Shown here piece after piece: positions 1 to 14,500 of a stretch of DNA of 64,000 nucleotides (within the stretch, counting starts at the first letter, position 1; each line of letters opens with the position of its first letter). The position numbers were made by a program, and so were the translations under genes. This stretch comes from Podarcis tiliguerta (lineage: Eukaryota). The notes under the pieces are model-generated. The model made no database searches and was not told the DNA's origin. It saw only the letters and a list, made by a program, of their open reading frames with translations. The stretch is taken from the NCBI GenBank assembly GCA_965153285.1, contig OZ229110.1. One strand, given 5' to 3'.

Positions 1-684
1 GTTTTCAATGCAAGTATTGATGCCGTGCAAGTATATGGGTGGTTCAATGACAGCAATAACAAACCACAGCTTGTAACTCTTCAGGCAGCACAAATTTATC
101 CCTCAGATTAATCTGCCAGCCTCTCCCATCTCTGCCTCATTGTTCCAAGAACCGCCTTGCCTTCTGTACTATGCTCACTCTTCTTCTTTTGGGGCCTAAA
201 ATAGGTTTCAGTTGTGGCTGGATCTAGAATAACAAGAGTCTCTTTTAATTTGTCAAGGAAAGCACATTCTTTCACAGAAGTCAGAAATGGGCATTAGCAA
301 ACTTTTATATGCTATTTTTGCAAATGTTTTGTTATAACACCAGTCAATATTGATTACATGAGGGGGGCTTTTGAGATATGCTCCTGTAGTCCAGCATCTG
401 TAAAACACCACTTAGGGAACATGCCGTGAAACTGGATTTCTCAAGAACGCAGTGTGTGTGTGAAAATACTGGAGAATTCTTTACTGTTTTGGATTGATTC
501 AATGGTGGGGGAAGAGGCTGCTGGTGGTAGGATGGAGCTGCCTTTACACATAGACTTCTTTGGCACTGTGAAGAGGTTCTTCCATCAGGCAATACAACAA
601 AAGGAATTTGATTCCTAGCATATCTGGGAGAAAGAATACAATTTTCATAATACAACACATTTGCATTCTTTCTTTTTTAAACAG

Positions 685-727
685 GACATCAGAGAAGAAT
701 GAGATTCGAGTTGGCTTCTTTGAGTTG
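685..727 (+). CDS. ABCB11: ABCB11 exon (human exon 4 equivalent)
   Basis: aacag|G...TTG|gtaata; [14 protein letters not shown]. Confidence 0.85.
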
Positions 728-3700
728 GTAATAAAATTGTTGCTTTTCACCACTTCATATATCTGCTGTGGTTCTATAGATCAGGGTGGTCAGATTCCCA
801 GCTTATAGGATCATCATAATCGCAACCACCCCTTTGGAGATTCAAGTACAAATGGAGACAGCTTTGTATTTTGTTTTTCCAAAACTGTTATGGGGAGCCT
901 GATGTTCCCTGTGAAGGTGGTGCATGTTGTTACTCCAAGAAGGAATGGTGGAGCTTAGCATTAAAGGTAAAGGGGCCCCTGACCATTAGGTCCAGTCGTG
1001 ACCGACTGGGGTTGCGACGCTCATCTTGCTTTATTGGCCGAGGGAGCCAGCGTACAGTTTCTGGGTCTTGTGGCCAGCATGACTAAGCCGCTTCGGGTGA
1101 ACCAGAGCAGCACACAGAAACGCCTTCTACCTTCCCACCGGAGCGGGACCTATTTATCTACTTGCACGTGACGTGCTTTCAAACTGCTAGGTGGGCAGGA
1201 GCTGGGACCGAGCAACGGGAGCTCCCCCCGTCACGGGGATTCAAACTGCTGACCTTCTGACTGGCAAGTCCTAGGCTCTGTGGTTTAACCCACAGCGCCA
1301 CCTGGGTGAAATCCAGTGCTATAGTTCCACTCATGGAGTGGCTTTTGACTCAGAAGAGCATCTATTAATGCAAAAGAAGGGAGGTGATTTGCACTGATAT
1401 CTCTCTTCCATACACAACCCTTGTGCCTTCTTCCACACTTATCTAGAGGGTCCTACAAGCTTCTGCAACAGATTTTCAGTTCTCAAGGGACTGTAGCAGG
1501 AAAATGGGATGGGAAAACAACTTCCGTTTATTTTAGTGGCCGCCTCTGCTGGATCAAAGCCATTCTGCCAGTGAAGCAACAGCCTTGGGTTTCAGCCATT
1601 GCTAGTAAGAAAAACAATTGGAACATTCATATACAAAGGAGCGGTGCATAATTTTTTTGTGAATTCTGTTTCCCCCCACCTAAAGTTTAGATTTGCTTCT
1701 TCATCTGAGAAACTGATGATGGTTTTTGGTGGCATCTGCGCTGCTCTTCATGGAGCTGCCCAGCCAGCCATGTTGATTGTCTTTGGGGTGATGACAGACA
1801 CATTTATTCAATATGATATCGAGAAGCAAGAGCTTAGTGACCCAAACAAAGGATGTGTGAATAACACTATAGTGTGGATCAACAGTTCCTATCATCAAAA
1901 CGACAATAATACACCAGTGAGTTGTGGGTAAGTGAACAAGACATTTTGCATTGTGTCCGGTGCTAATACTACTCAGAGTAGCCCCATTGAAGTTAAAAAA
2001 CATGACTAACATGGGTTCATTAGTTTCATCAGGTCGACTATGAGTAGAGGCTGGACATAACCTTACAGTAATATTGCAATATTTCGTTATTTATAGACCT
2101 TGCAAATGAGCAAAGCATTTTATCTCCCCTGTTATTAAATGACATTGTCTGAAATCTTCTGCATTCTTGCACAGAAGACAAACCAATGATACTCCAGGTC
2201 AGTTTACCAGCCTGCCTTCATATATGTGTGATTACACAACTGGGCGTTGGCTCTGTAGTTTTGCAAACCCCATGCCTTAAATAATATTCCCATACCATGT
2301 CCTATCTCAGTTGGACTAATGTCATCTCCTCTCCAGAGCTGGAGGTGTTGCTACTTTGTTCATTTCCTGGCTGATAATTGCTCATTTTAATTTATGCTTC
2401 CCCTACCATTGAGTCTAGCCAGCTTTGCCAACTGCTGGCTCTTACTAGAACGTGTAAAAATAGAAATTCGTCAGTCATTTTTCTAAGATTTGCTTTGTAC
2501 TGTCCTGGTTCTGTAGAAGTAAAAAAAAAAGAAAAAGAAAGATATATCTTTACTTTTGGCATTTAGAACTATTGTGCACAATTTCAACAGGAAATCACAC
2601 AAAGGTAAATGTCCTTTGGCTTCAAAAGTTGCAGCTGCAACCCACAAGTCAATAGTGGTTGAGTACTTGGATTTCAGGGCCAAAGATAATTGAGCTAAAC
2701 TTAAGGTTGATTCACTTGTCCCACCTAAGCACTGTTTTTTTTGGCAGTGGTTCAGATTCAGCACTCTTACGCATGTTTACATAGAAGTAAGTCCCACTAT
2801 ATGGAATAGGACTTGCTTCCAGGTATATGTGCATAGATTGCATCATTAGTCTTCCACAAGGAAATAGTTTGAAACTGGATCAGTTTATGCAAATGTTGAA
2901 CAATAACTAATATTCCTTCTTTGTTTTGCCCTTGTTGAATTACACATCAACCAGTTAGCATTTAATGCTTTTAATGTTTGATGTTTTACTGACGTTTTAT
3001 AATTTGTTGGAAGCCACCCAGAGTGGCTGAGGCAACCCATTCAGATGTGTGGCATATAAATGATATGTTGTTGTTATTAATATTAATGGAGAATATGGTG
3101 GACCTATTTTGTCAGACTGTCTGCTACTTACAGTGCATATTATTTTGGAAAGTCAGTTTTTTGTTTTCACTATAATCCATTACTCTGCCCTCTCTGAATT
3201 CATACCCGGATGTTAACTGAGGGAAAAGAACAATGGAAATAAGTTCATCTAGCTGCTAATGAAGTTACATTATTTCTCATATTAATTTTGCCTGCAGGCA
3301 CATCGATTCAAGATGGACTGATTTACCAAGGTCATATATCTTCTTTAATTCTTTCTTTATCTTTCAGGTTGCTGGACATTGAAACGGAAATGAGTTATTT
3401 TGCAAGTTACTATGGGGGAATAGGCTGTGCAGTGCTTGTGCTGGCATACTTCCAGGTCAGTACAGTGGTACCTCAGGTTACATACGCTTCAGGTTACAGA
3501 CTCCACTAACCCAGAAATAGTGCTTCAGGTTAAGAATTTGCTTCAGGATGAGAACAGAAATCGGGCTCCAGCGGCGAGGCAGCAGGAGGAGGCCCCATTA
3601 GCTAAAGTGGTGCTTCAGGTTAAGAACAGTTTCAGGTTAAGTACGGACCTCCGGAACAAATTAAGTACTTAACCTGAGGTACCACTGTATTATTATTTAC

Positions 3701-6700
3701 TTCCTCATATTGTTTTCCACAATAGAAAATGGCTTAATGTCGGTGGCACTCACCTGAAAAACAACAAAAAGGCAGCTAAACTCCTTTCTCCACAGTTGGG
3801 ACACAGTCACAGGGCATTTCCAGTTTGGAGTGCAACCACCCAGAAGGCCCTGCCTTGTGTTCCCATTCATCCCTCCCAACTTCCTGTCGACATTTGTTGA
3901 CTGGAATCCTTCAGCTATGGGCATTGTGAGGCAATTTTTATGCTGCTGTCTCATGGTGATGATCCAGATCCAGTTATATACATGTCCATGTGTTTAGTAG
4001 CCCTACTGGAGTAGGTTTGTAAGCCTGAGATTTGTTCCCATGCTCCATGTCATGTAGAATGCACACAAAGGGACCAAGTGTTTATTTGCCCTTTAATCAC
4101 AAGAGTTAACAGAAGTGGTTTGGTTTTTTTACAGTTAGCTCCTCAATGTCAAGATCAATAATGGTAGGCAAGGCTCTCTGGAGGCAGCTTGCCCACCACA
4201 TTTCACCATGCCTTATAAAATGCAGCTGCAATGTGCAAGGTTTGAGTATTCTAGGGTGTATTCTAAATCCTGATGGGAAGGCCCAACTATCTCAGACAGC
4301 AGCAGTGATTTTGCTCCTCAAGAACACTATGTGGCTTACAATGTGACGTGGAAAGGGTTCTGTGGAGGTAGAAATTTATGAAAGCAGTGCATGTTACGAC
4401 CTGACTACTGTTCCCAAGCACATAAAAGCACCCTATTATGTACTGTACTTTTCTGTGTATAAGATGCCCCTATGTATGACGCCCCCTATTTTGGGGGACT
4501 CAAATTTAAGAAAATTGGGGGAGATGGCACAGAGTTGTTGAGTTTTTTGGGGGGAATTACGTAGGGTTGTTGTGGGGGATTGCCGAAAATTGCTCACCCG
4601 CATGCGTCCAAAAAGCTGCCTCTCAAATGTCCCCTCGCTGGCAGAAGCTGCCAGTCGCCCGCCAAATTACCGCAGCTTCAGCCACTCAACACCAGCCATT
4701 GATGCAGGAACCAATAACACGCTCAATAGCCGCTGACAGCTGTGGCAGCAACCAATCAAATGTCCATCCTATGCACTATCCATGTATAAGACGACCCCTA
4801 CTTTTTAGCATCATTTTTAAAGAAAAAAACCTAGTCTTATACACGGAAAAGTACGATATGTATTCTGTTCCTGGTTAAAGCCAGGCAATTCCCACTAATG
4901 TAACTGTGTTAATGGCTCCTGCCAGTCATTGTAGCATATATCTGTAGATGCCGGAATCAACCTATAAAGCATGTGCAGGGTTTTTATAACAGAAATAATC
5001 AATGCCAAATAAACCCAAAATTAGAATATTTTTTTCCATTTAGCTGGCTGTGCTGTCAATATTTGCATCGTGTTTTCGTAGTTGCTAGATGATCACCGCC
5101 TCCCCCTTTTAACCGTGACTCTTTCTTATCTCTCATTCTTCCCTACCCCCTACAGATCAGCTTATGGGTAATCTCAGCCGCTCGACAGACACAGAAAATC
5201 AGAAAAGCCTATTTCAGGAAAATAATGAGGATGGATATAGGCTGGTTTGATTGTACATCAGTGGGGGAACTCAGTACACGTATTTCTGAGTGAGTAATCT
5301 CAGACATCCATTGGTGGATGAGGTCAGCATGTTTTTAAGACGCTGCATGCTAATGAGTAGTCTGTGCGAGGTTATGTGAGTGAAGAATAATATCTACAGT
5401 ATTACTTGTACCACACTGGGGTCTGACTCCAAAGCAGAGCTAATATTCCACTGGATTTTGCTAGCAATGTGAGAGAAAATTGGTTTGAATTTGCACTTCT
5501 TAGAACAATAAATGAGTTGAAAACAGAGCTGGCTTTCCAAATTCCTACTTGTGATGCAGTTCTTCGATTAAAAATGTGTAGAAAAATGCATATATTGGGG
5601 AAAAGTGTACATTAAAAATGCATGTATTAGTGAAAATCACATAAATGCATTACATAAAGGAATACTGCTTGCAAAAAAAATGTGTGCATTAGACAAAATT
5701 ACATACAAAAATGCATGTTCACACTGAAACCACTTTGAGGTACATAAATTTAATGAAATAATAATAAGGAAACACTGATGCATTTCTGTGAGGACATTAA
5801 AAATAATAATAATCACAAACTGATGAGAAAGTGCTGCAAAGACCAGAAAAAATGAGAAACTAAATAAACCAAAACTGATGGATTTGTCCATCTTTAGCAG
5901 CTGCTGAAAACAACAGGTATTAAAAGGGTAGAAGATGAAACTATTATCTCTGTTTGAAACTTCCTACCAAAGGCCACCATAGACACTTAAGCAGAGATGT
6001 AGAAGCAGGTGGGAGGAAGCAGCCATGAGCCTCACAGGGAGAGGGTGGAAACACACAGATAGCAAGGCAGGTGTGTCATGTAGACATTTTCCCAGCAAAA
6101 AAATCTAAGGCCTTCCCTAACCTGGTACCTTCGACGTGCTTTGGACTGCATCATCCTCAGCCAGAGCAGTTGTAGTCCAAAACATCTGGAAGGCAGCCCT
6201 GTTTGCACCATCAACTGGCCTGCCATTTTTTCACAAGCTGGTGATGCTTGATGAGCATGTCCTTTTGTTGCTAAGTGACCCTGCCAATGCTCATTCACTC
6301 TCCTTTTCCATGGCTGACACGTAGCACAGCCAGTCTCCAAGCTTACAAGGAGAACTGGGGTGAGGAGGAGAAACACAAGCACAGGGTTGTTCGCAAGTAG
6401 AGTCCAAGAGTGGGGTGCTTCGTAAGCCAAATACCTGTCCCAGAAACCCAAGAACCTATAGCCTGCCTGGAATCTAAAAGGAAAGGCTTGTTTACCTCAG
6501 ACCTCAGTTCCCAAATGTCTGAACAAAGGAACGAAGAGATAAAAGCAAATGAGATAAATGGGTCTCATCAATATTTCTCCAATGTAGAAACAAATTGAAT
6601 GAATATTTGGGATTGCAATAAGGGTCATATGCAACTGCTGCTTCAACTCTTTTTGTTCTCCACAGTGACGTAAATAAAATAAATGATGCTATTGCTGATC

Positions 6701-8539
6701 AAGTAGCAGTCTTTATCCAGCGGTTCACCACCTTTATTTGTGGATTCATGTTAGGATTTGTTAGAGGCTGGAAGCTGACCTTGGTTATTATCTCAGTCAG
6801 TCCACTACTTGGGGTTGGAGCTGCCATGATTGGCCTGGTAAGAAACAATGCCATTCATATCTAATTATGGCTGCTTTGTAGTCATGGAGAACTATGGCAT
6901 GATTTTAAAGTCGCTGGCTGTTTAAAAACAACAACTACTCCACAGAACTCTGTCAAACCACCTACTAAGGGTTTTTAAAAATCTGTCCAATATCTATTTT
7001 TCACTGTTGTTCAGTAATGCTGTCTGTCTTTCCTATAACCAAACTGAGAGCCTCAGTAAACCCAACTGGATTTTTGCCATTGACTTCAGTGGGATGTGCA
7101 TGCAGTAATGGAAGCCACAATACCTTAGATCAACCTTTCTCAAACCTGGTGTTCTGCAGATGTTACTGGATTACAGCTGGAGTTATTGGACTACATCTCC
7201 CATCAGTCCCAAACCAGCTTTGCCAGGGTTGTTTGGAGTTGTATTCCAGCAACATCTGGGGGGCATCCAGTTGGGGAATGCCACATTAGGTAATTTTTGT
7301 TGTGCCGTAAGACTCTTCCTTGGTTTTGCTGCACAAGCAAGCACGCCCAGCCCTCTGAAAGCTGACTCTGTGGAAGGCAGGCATTTAACAAACTCCCTGT
7401 CAACCTTGTCTAAACATTCACAGAGAAATCCTCTGTGATGCTGGAAGGCTGACAAAATCTTTGTAATAGAAATATTAGGTGTGAAGTGTTACGGTTGTAT
7501 GATGGCATATGCAACATCAATATTGTATATAGCTGATTCTAGAGCACAGTGGAATATGGTGATGTTGCCTAAAATGCAGCTATATAATGCACTAGATAAG
7601 CCAACCTGATCTATCACATAAGCACATGGCTATGGGTAGGTGAAGAGAGCGAAAAAAGAAAAAGAAGAATGAATTTGCTACATAAATGTGTCCTTTGTAA
7701 ATGTAGATAACCCAGTGTGACAGCAAGGAGCTTGTACAATCCAAAGGAGAAAAACCTTCACTGCCTAAATGAATCTTCTTACTGATTGGTTTAGGCTGTG
7801 GCAAAGCTGACAGGTCGAGAATTAAAAGCTTATGCAAAAGCTGGCGCTGTGGCCGATGAAGTGCTCTCATCCATCAGAACAGTGGCTGCTTTTGGAGGGG
7901 AAAGAAAAGAAGTTGCAAGGTTGGTTCGTATATCATGACTGACTCACAGACCTGAAGAAATTTAAAAGCAACAAAGCCTATGATTTTAAGAGCATAACAC
8001 GTGCAGGAAGATGAATCCTCTCCTTTGCTATAGCTTAGATCCACCCAGTCTATCATCCCATACAGTACACTTTCCCCCAAACTTTCTAGTACAGGCATCC
8101 CCCCAGTTACATTGGGGATATGTTCCAGGCCCCTGCACACATAAGCAAAAATTGCGTAAGTGGGGAGCATCCTCTAAAAAGCCTCTAAATGCCTGTTTCC
8201 CCCCTGCTCCCCAGCTCTGTCTCTACTTCTCTCTCTCTCTCTCTTTCTCTCTCCACACAACTCTATCTCCAACTAGAGTTGAAGCTCTGGGACCAGCTGG
8301 AGGACGTGCGAAAAAGTGGCGGCTGCGGCTGCTGCTGCTGCTGCGCTACCCTGCACATCAGCTGTTAGGTGGGGAAGCTGAGCAGCCTAAACAAAGCCCC
8401 GCTGTGCCATGGGTCTCTTTGGGGCTTCCTCCGCCCTCACTGACGTTCTCTTCGGGCTCTGGAAAGGGTCTTCTTGCAAGCCACAGGGACTCTCCAGCTC
8501 GCTACCACTATTTCTAGGGATGAACGTATCATATCTATC

Positions 8540-8573
<34 letters not shown>

Positions 8574-11500
8574 ATCTATCTATCTATCATCTATCTATTT
8601 CCCAGCACTGCGCATATATGAAGTGACACGCCAGTCAATCATGCGTAGGTGGGGAGAATGCCTGTATTTCAATATGATATGGGGAGGAAATAAGGTGCAG
8701 GAAGGGGAAAGGGTCCAGCACCCCTCATCCAAAAAAGTAGAAGATAGACTCCTCCTCCTTGCACTACCCACCCCTTATTCTGAATCAGACCATTGGTCCA
8801 AATTGTTCAGCATTGCCTACATTGAATGGCAGCAGATGTCTGGGGTTTCACGTGTGAGTCTCTCCCAGTCTGACCTGGAGAGGTTGGGGACCGAACTGAG
8901 CACCTTGCACATGCAAAGGGTGCACTCTGCCACTGAGCTACAGGCATTACACCTGCACCATGCAAGCATGCCTCTTTTGTAACTCCTTCAGCCCCAAACC
9001 TGGCCCTTATTTAGCCCCTTTGCTGTGTTTTATTTTTCTCAAATGCACTTCTTAAATTTTCCTTTTGCTCTTTCCGCAGATATGACAAAAACCTAGTGTT
9101 TGCCCAAAACTGGGGAATTAGAAAGGGAATAATAATGGGATTTTTCACCGGTTACATCTGGTGCATCATTTTCCTGAGTTACGCGCTAGCATTTTGGTAC
9201 GGCTCAAAACTTGTTCTTGAAGATGAGGAGTACTCACCTGGCACACTTATACAGGTAAGGCTTTCAGTGGTTTCCCCCGTTTCCCCCCCTCAAAGCACTT
9301 GCACTTCCAGCCACCTCGTTGCTTTGAAAAACAAAGTGGGTGCTTTGTAAACTTTTCAGTGTAACCTTAACAGGTGGGACCTGTAGTGTAAAGCTGCAGC
9401 GTACCTAGTAGGAGGTATTCTGTTCAGGGTTCCGGCTAGCCTTCTCCTCTTCTTTTGCCACCATCCCACACATTTTTCTGTCACACCTCCCTACAGCCAG
9501 TCAGCATTCTATACTTACCAAGCATATTCACTGGGCTGATATTTGTGTGGGGGGGGGGAGGTCCCTTGGGGTCATTTCCTCCTCTCCCCCTCCAGCTGGC
9601 TGAGACCTTCCTCCTATGCACAAATGGTGTCATTTTGACTACTCAAGGATTGCCGCTCAGACAACGAATTCACTATTAGCATATAAGATATATTTCAGAG
9701 CATCCTTTAACCTTCTTTGGAACCTCCCTCTACTCATCTGAAAATTTGAAATGTTTCCCTTAGTTGAGAAAAGAAAACAATAATGCCATTTTAAATTGCA
9801 TTCCTGCCTTCAGATCTATAAATATCTTTTTTGTACCCTCCTTAATATATCACACAGGGCGAAAACATTTTTCTGCCTTCCAGAATGATTCCTTCTAATT
9901 ATAATTTAATTTCTGCTCCAATGCAATTTTTAAAACCACCCAGAAAACATAATTGTTTTCCCCCACCCCCTTTTCTTTCTTTTCAGGTTTTTTTTGGAGT
10001 TCTGGTAGCTGCCTTAAGTCTTGGCCAAGCTTCTCCTTGCCTGGAAGCCTTCGCCACTGGCCGAGGAGCTGCAACAAATATCTTTGAGACGATAGATAAA
10101 GTGAGTAGCTCAACTGGTTCAGCACCACTAGCCTGTGTTGGAGGGTGAAATAAATGAGCTTTGCATCAGCTTAAGGGCTTCTGCCAACAGCACAGATGAG
10201 AAATATTATGGTGATTAAGGGAAAAATTGATTGCAGATTAAAGCAAACCAGCACCATGCCTGTGCATTTGACAAAGAGCGCATTCCTCCAAGTGGCAGTT
10301 CTAAATGATTGCTTATGAATATTCAAAGTATCAGCAAGCTCCAATATTTATCTATTAGGAGTCAACTCTATAAGCGGCCTGATCGCCAAGACACTCAGCT
10401 CCGCAAAGTGGTTTCAGGAATTAAGCTGCTATGGTCTCCCTTGATTTATAAGGAATGAAGTGAAGCCAAAGGCTCAGATAAGGGCATTAATACATATAGT
10501 GTTACCAAAGCTTCAGGGAATGGAGAGAATGGAATAGCCAGCAAATATAACCCTTTGTAATCCCATTGGGGGCAAATAAACTACGTCCATAGCAGCCAGC
10601 TGTGCTCTTCTGCTTTTAGCTCTCGCATAGCAGAAAATAATGCTTACTTAACAGCTTTGATGCGCGTGATTAGAGAACGAGACGAGTGGGTCATAGGAAA
10701 ATGTGTATAATGCCTTGCACTTTTTAAAGAATATCTTTAGCAGTGCAATCCCTGTGCATGGCTACTCACATGCAAGCCTGAGTTCAATGGGATTGACTCC
10801 CAGGAAAGCCAAAGTTATTCCCCAAGCATGGTCTGGGCATGTGGTCTCTTTGCATAGCAGGCACATTGTGCCCCTTGACTCAAAGACCATGTGAAAGGTG
10901 GACAGCACGGAACTTGGGGGAGGATGAAAACAGGCCAAAACTTTACAGATTGCAGCAAAATGAGCAGAGTTGGCATGGCATAGGGCCAGGATCTGTTAAC
11001 ATCCTTAGACTTCTCATCTGAAGTCTGATTCACCATCCCAATTCGCCTGTTGGGGAAGTGCCATGGAAGTTGACTGGCATCTAGGGAGGCAGTGTGGGGG
11101 CTACCCAAGTGGCAGGCATCCCATTGGTAATCTGAAATGGGTGGTTCCATCCCCAGCCAATCCCAGGAGCTGGAGCAACTCCTTAAGACCCTCTTACAAG
11201 GGTCTTCCTTATGTTTGGATTCTACCCAGTGCAAAAGAGAGAGAGAAAGCAGCTTTTCTACAAGGGAAGTAATATAACCGATTAACTCTGCCCCAGAAAC
11301 CTGTTATTGACTGTATGTCAGAAGATGGCTACAAGCTGGATAAAGTCCGTGGTGAAATTGAATTCCATAATGTGACTTTCTACTACCCATCCAGGCCTGA
11401 CGTAAAGGTAAGAGCTTCACTTTTCTGGTTAACCATTATAGCAGCTTCCATGTACTGCTTTGAACATCAGGGAAAACACTTTTTAAACATGTGATCTTTT

Positions 11501-14500
11501 TCATTTTTATTTCCAGATTTTAGAAAAACTCAACATGGTTATCAAGGCAGGGGAAACAACAGCTTTTGTTGGACCCAGTGGAGCTGGAAAGAGCACCACA
11601 ATACAGCTCATCCAGCGATTTTATGACCCTAGTGAAGGCATGGTGAGAGCTTTACCTAACTTCATTGTAAGAGAGTGGTCACTTTCATTTTCATCCCTCC
11701 CCCCATCCTTTTTAAATAAAAATCCTGTAAACAATTACATAACTTCTATTTTCATTTAAAGAATCCTGGGACATGATTCATTTCCACTGTGGGTATAGAG
11801 GAGGGGTAGGCAACCTAAGTCCCGTGGGCAGGATGCAGCCCAATCGTCTTCTGAATCTGGCCCGTGGACGGTCCAGGAATCAGCGTGTTTTTACATGAAT
11901 AGAATGTGTCCTTTTATTTAAAATGCATCTCTGGGTTATTTGTGGGGCATAGGAATTCATTCATTCCCTCCCCCCCCCAAAAAAAATATAGTCCAGCCCA
12001 CCACATGGTCTGAGGGACTGTGGACCCATGGCTGAAAAGGTTGCTGACCCCTGGTATATAGCAGAGATAGGGGAGAAATTAGATTCAGTTTGCATTTAAA
12101 GGTGAACATACGTAATTTGCGCTTTCTGAATCAATATATGAAGTGAAATCCAGCCAGCCTTTGAAATTCACAGTTTTCTGAATTTTGCAGTGCAGTTCTC
12201 CAGCAAAGTAGCATGTACATAGAATAGGGTAAGGTGAAAAGGTAAAGGACCCCTGTATGGTTAAGTCCAGTCAAAGGCAACTATGGGGTTGCGGTGCTCA
12301 TCTCCCTTTCAGGCCGAGGGAGCCAGCGTTTGTCCACAGACAGCCTTCCGGGTCATGTAGCCAGCATGACTAGCCGCTTCTGGTGCAACGGAACACTGTG
12401 AAAGAAGCCAGAGCATATGTAAACACCACTTACCTTCCCGCCACAGCGGAATCTATTTATCTAATTGCACGGGCATACTTTTGAACTGGTAGGTTGGCAG
12501 GAGCTGGGACAGAGCAGTGGGAGCTCACTCCATCGTGGGATTCGAACTGCCGACCTTCTGATTGGCAAGCCCAAGAGACTCAGTGATTTGGCTACAGCGC
12601 CACCTGCCACCCTCATAGAGTAGGGTACAAAGTGCTTAAAGGCATTGATTAGTAAATATAGCATATAAAACTGCATTGTATTAGGGAAATTGCATTTCAG
12701 AAATGTGTGTATTAAGCAATATTCATGCTAAAGAACTTTCATGGGTACTTTTTTTGTTTAAAAAAATCACGTAGTAGTGTGGAAATATGAAAACTGGGAG
12801 AAACCAAAATTGACAGATTCATCTACAGTGGTACCTCGCAATACGAATGCCTCGCAAGACGAAAAACTCGCAAGATGAAATAGTTTTTTGTTTTTTGAGT
12901 TGCTTCGCAAGACGAATTTCCCTATGGGCTTGCTTTGCAAGACGATAACGTCTTGCGCCTTTTTCTTAAAACCGTCAATGCATTCCTATGGGAAACCGTC
13001 AATGCATTTCCTATGGGAAACCGTGCTTCGCAAGACGAAAAATTCACAAGACGAAAAAACTCGCAGAACGAATTAATTTTGTCTTGCGAGGCACCACTGT
13101 ATTCCTAGTGTAGAGTCTATTCCAATATCAAATATTGAGTGACTGAACAAGTGTATTATGACTATTTATCCTGCAAACAACTTGTTGTTGTTGTGTAGAT
13201 TACTCTAGATGGACATGATATTCGCTCGCTTAATATTCAGTGGCTGCGCTCTTTGATTGGCATAGTTGAGCAGGAACCAGTCCTGTTTGCTACCACCATT
13301 GCAGAGAACATTCGCTATGGTCGGGAAGATGCCACTATGGAAGACATCATCAGAGCAACCAAACAAGCCAATGCCTACGACTTTATCATGGATCTGCCTG
13401 GGGTAAGGCAAGCTTCAGTTTACAATATTCAAAATCCTGATGTGACTGCATGCCTATCTAGCTTGTGACCTACAAAGCCATGCACAGCTCACCAGTCAGA
13501 CATTGTGGTCTTCCAGAAGTGTTTATCTGTTTTTGCAGCCTCAGGCAGGCAATGAGAACAGAATGTTTATCACACCTTGGTGGGTTCTTATACATGGCTG
13601 GTGGTGGACAATTACTGTGTAGGTCTATCCGCAGTGTTCAAGACAATATGGACACTTGCCGTCTTCTACAGTGGCCACTATCTTCTGAAGTTTACTTGTG
13701 GTTCCTTCCTTCAAAGGAGAGAGAGAGAAAGTAGATTTTTTTGGTGATGCCAGTGTTTATTGGCTGCAATTCCAAGGTGTGTGCCTGAGCCACTCATGCA
13801 CCTACTAGGAGTTTCTTGGGTAAATTGCTTCTCAGCAGACAATCCCCTGTTGGATTAAAACCATTATTGGTATTTCCTTTTCCTTTTTTCCTTTTCCTTT
13901 TCCTTTTCCTTTTCCCGGGTAATGAAGAGACCATAAAGTGATATTTAAATGTACATGGTTGTTCTCAGTAAGTTGACTGCTAGTAGAAGAAGGATAAGGA
14001 CTTTCAATGGCTGTGTTCTCCACTGTCAAAGTTGCTGGGGAACACAAGTTGGGGGATGGAGGAGTGCTGTTGCATGTAGGTATTGGTTGTGGGCTTCCAT
14101 AGGTACCTAGTTGGCCATTATGGCCAGGTGTTCTTCTCTTCAAAGATACATATAAGAGACTTGCTTCTTCAGGTGCCTTGATATTTTTGGGGTGGGTTAG
14201 GGTGTACAACACATGTCATTCTCAAACTTATTTTGACAATTTCGAGGGGACCTAGCCATATCTCCATGGCAGAGCACATGCTTTGATTGTGTAAGCTCCA
14301 CCAAAAAGACCTTAGCTAGAAAGCCAGCTGAAATTTATTGTCTGAGATCCAGGACACTCAAAAAAGATAGATAGCACCCGGTTAGGTGGATCAGACTTCT
14401 ATTCATGGTTCTGTTTCATGCAGAGAGGAATAGAAGCTTGTTTTATTTCCTTAACAAAGAATTGTGTGGATGATACCTGCTTCAGGATCACATGGGGGTT

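Noticed and set aside
1-684. Upstream ABCB11 exons, start codon and FXR IR-1 element
   Set aside because: No convincing acceptor/donor pair or ABCB11-like peptide; they probably lie before the window.
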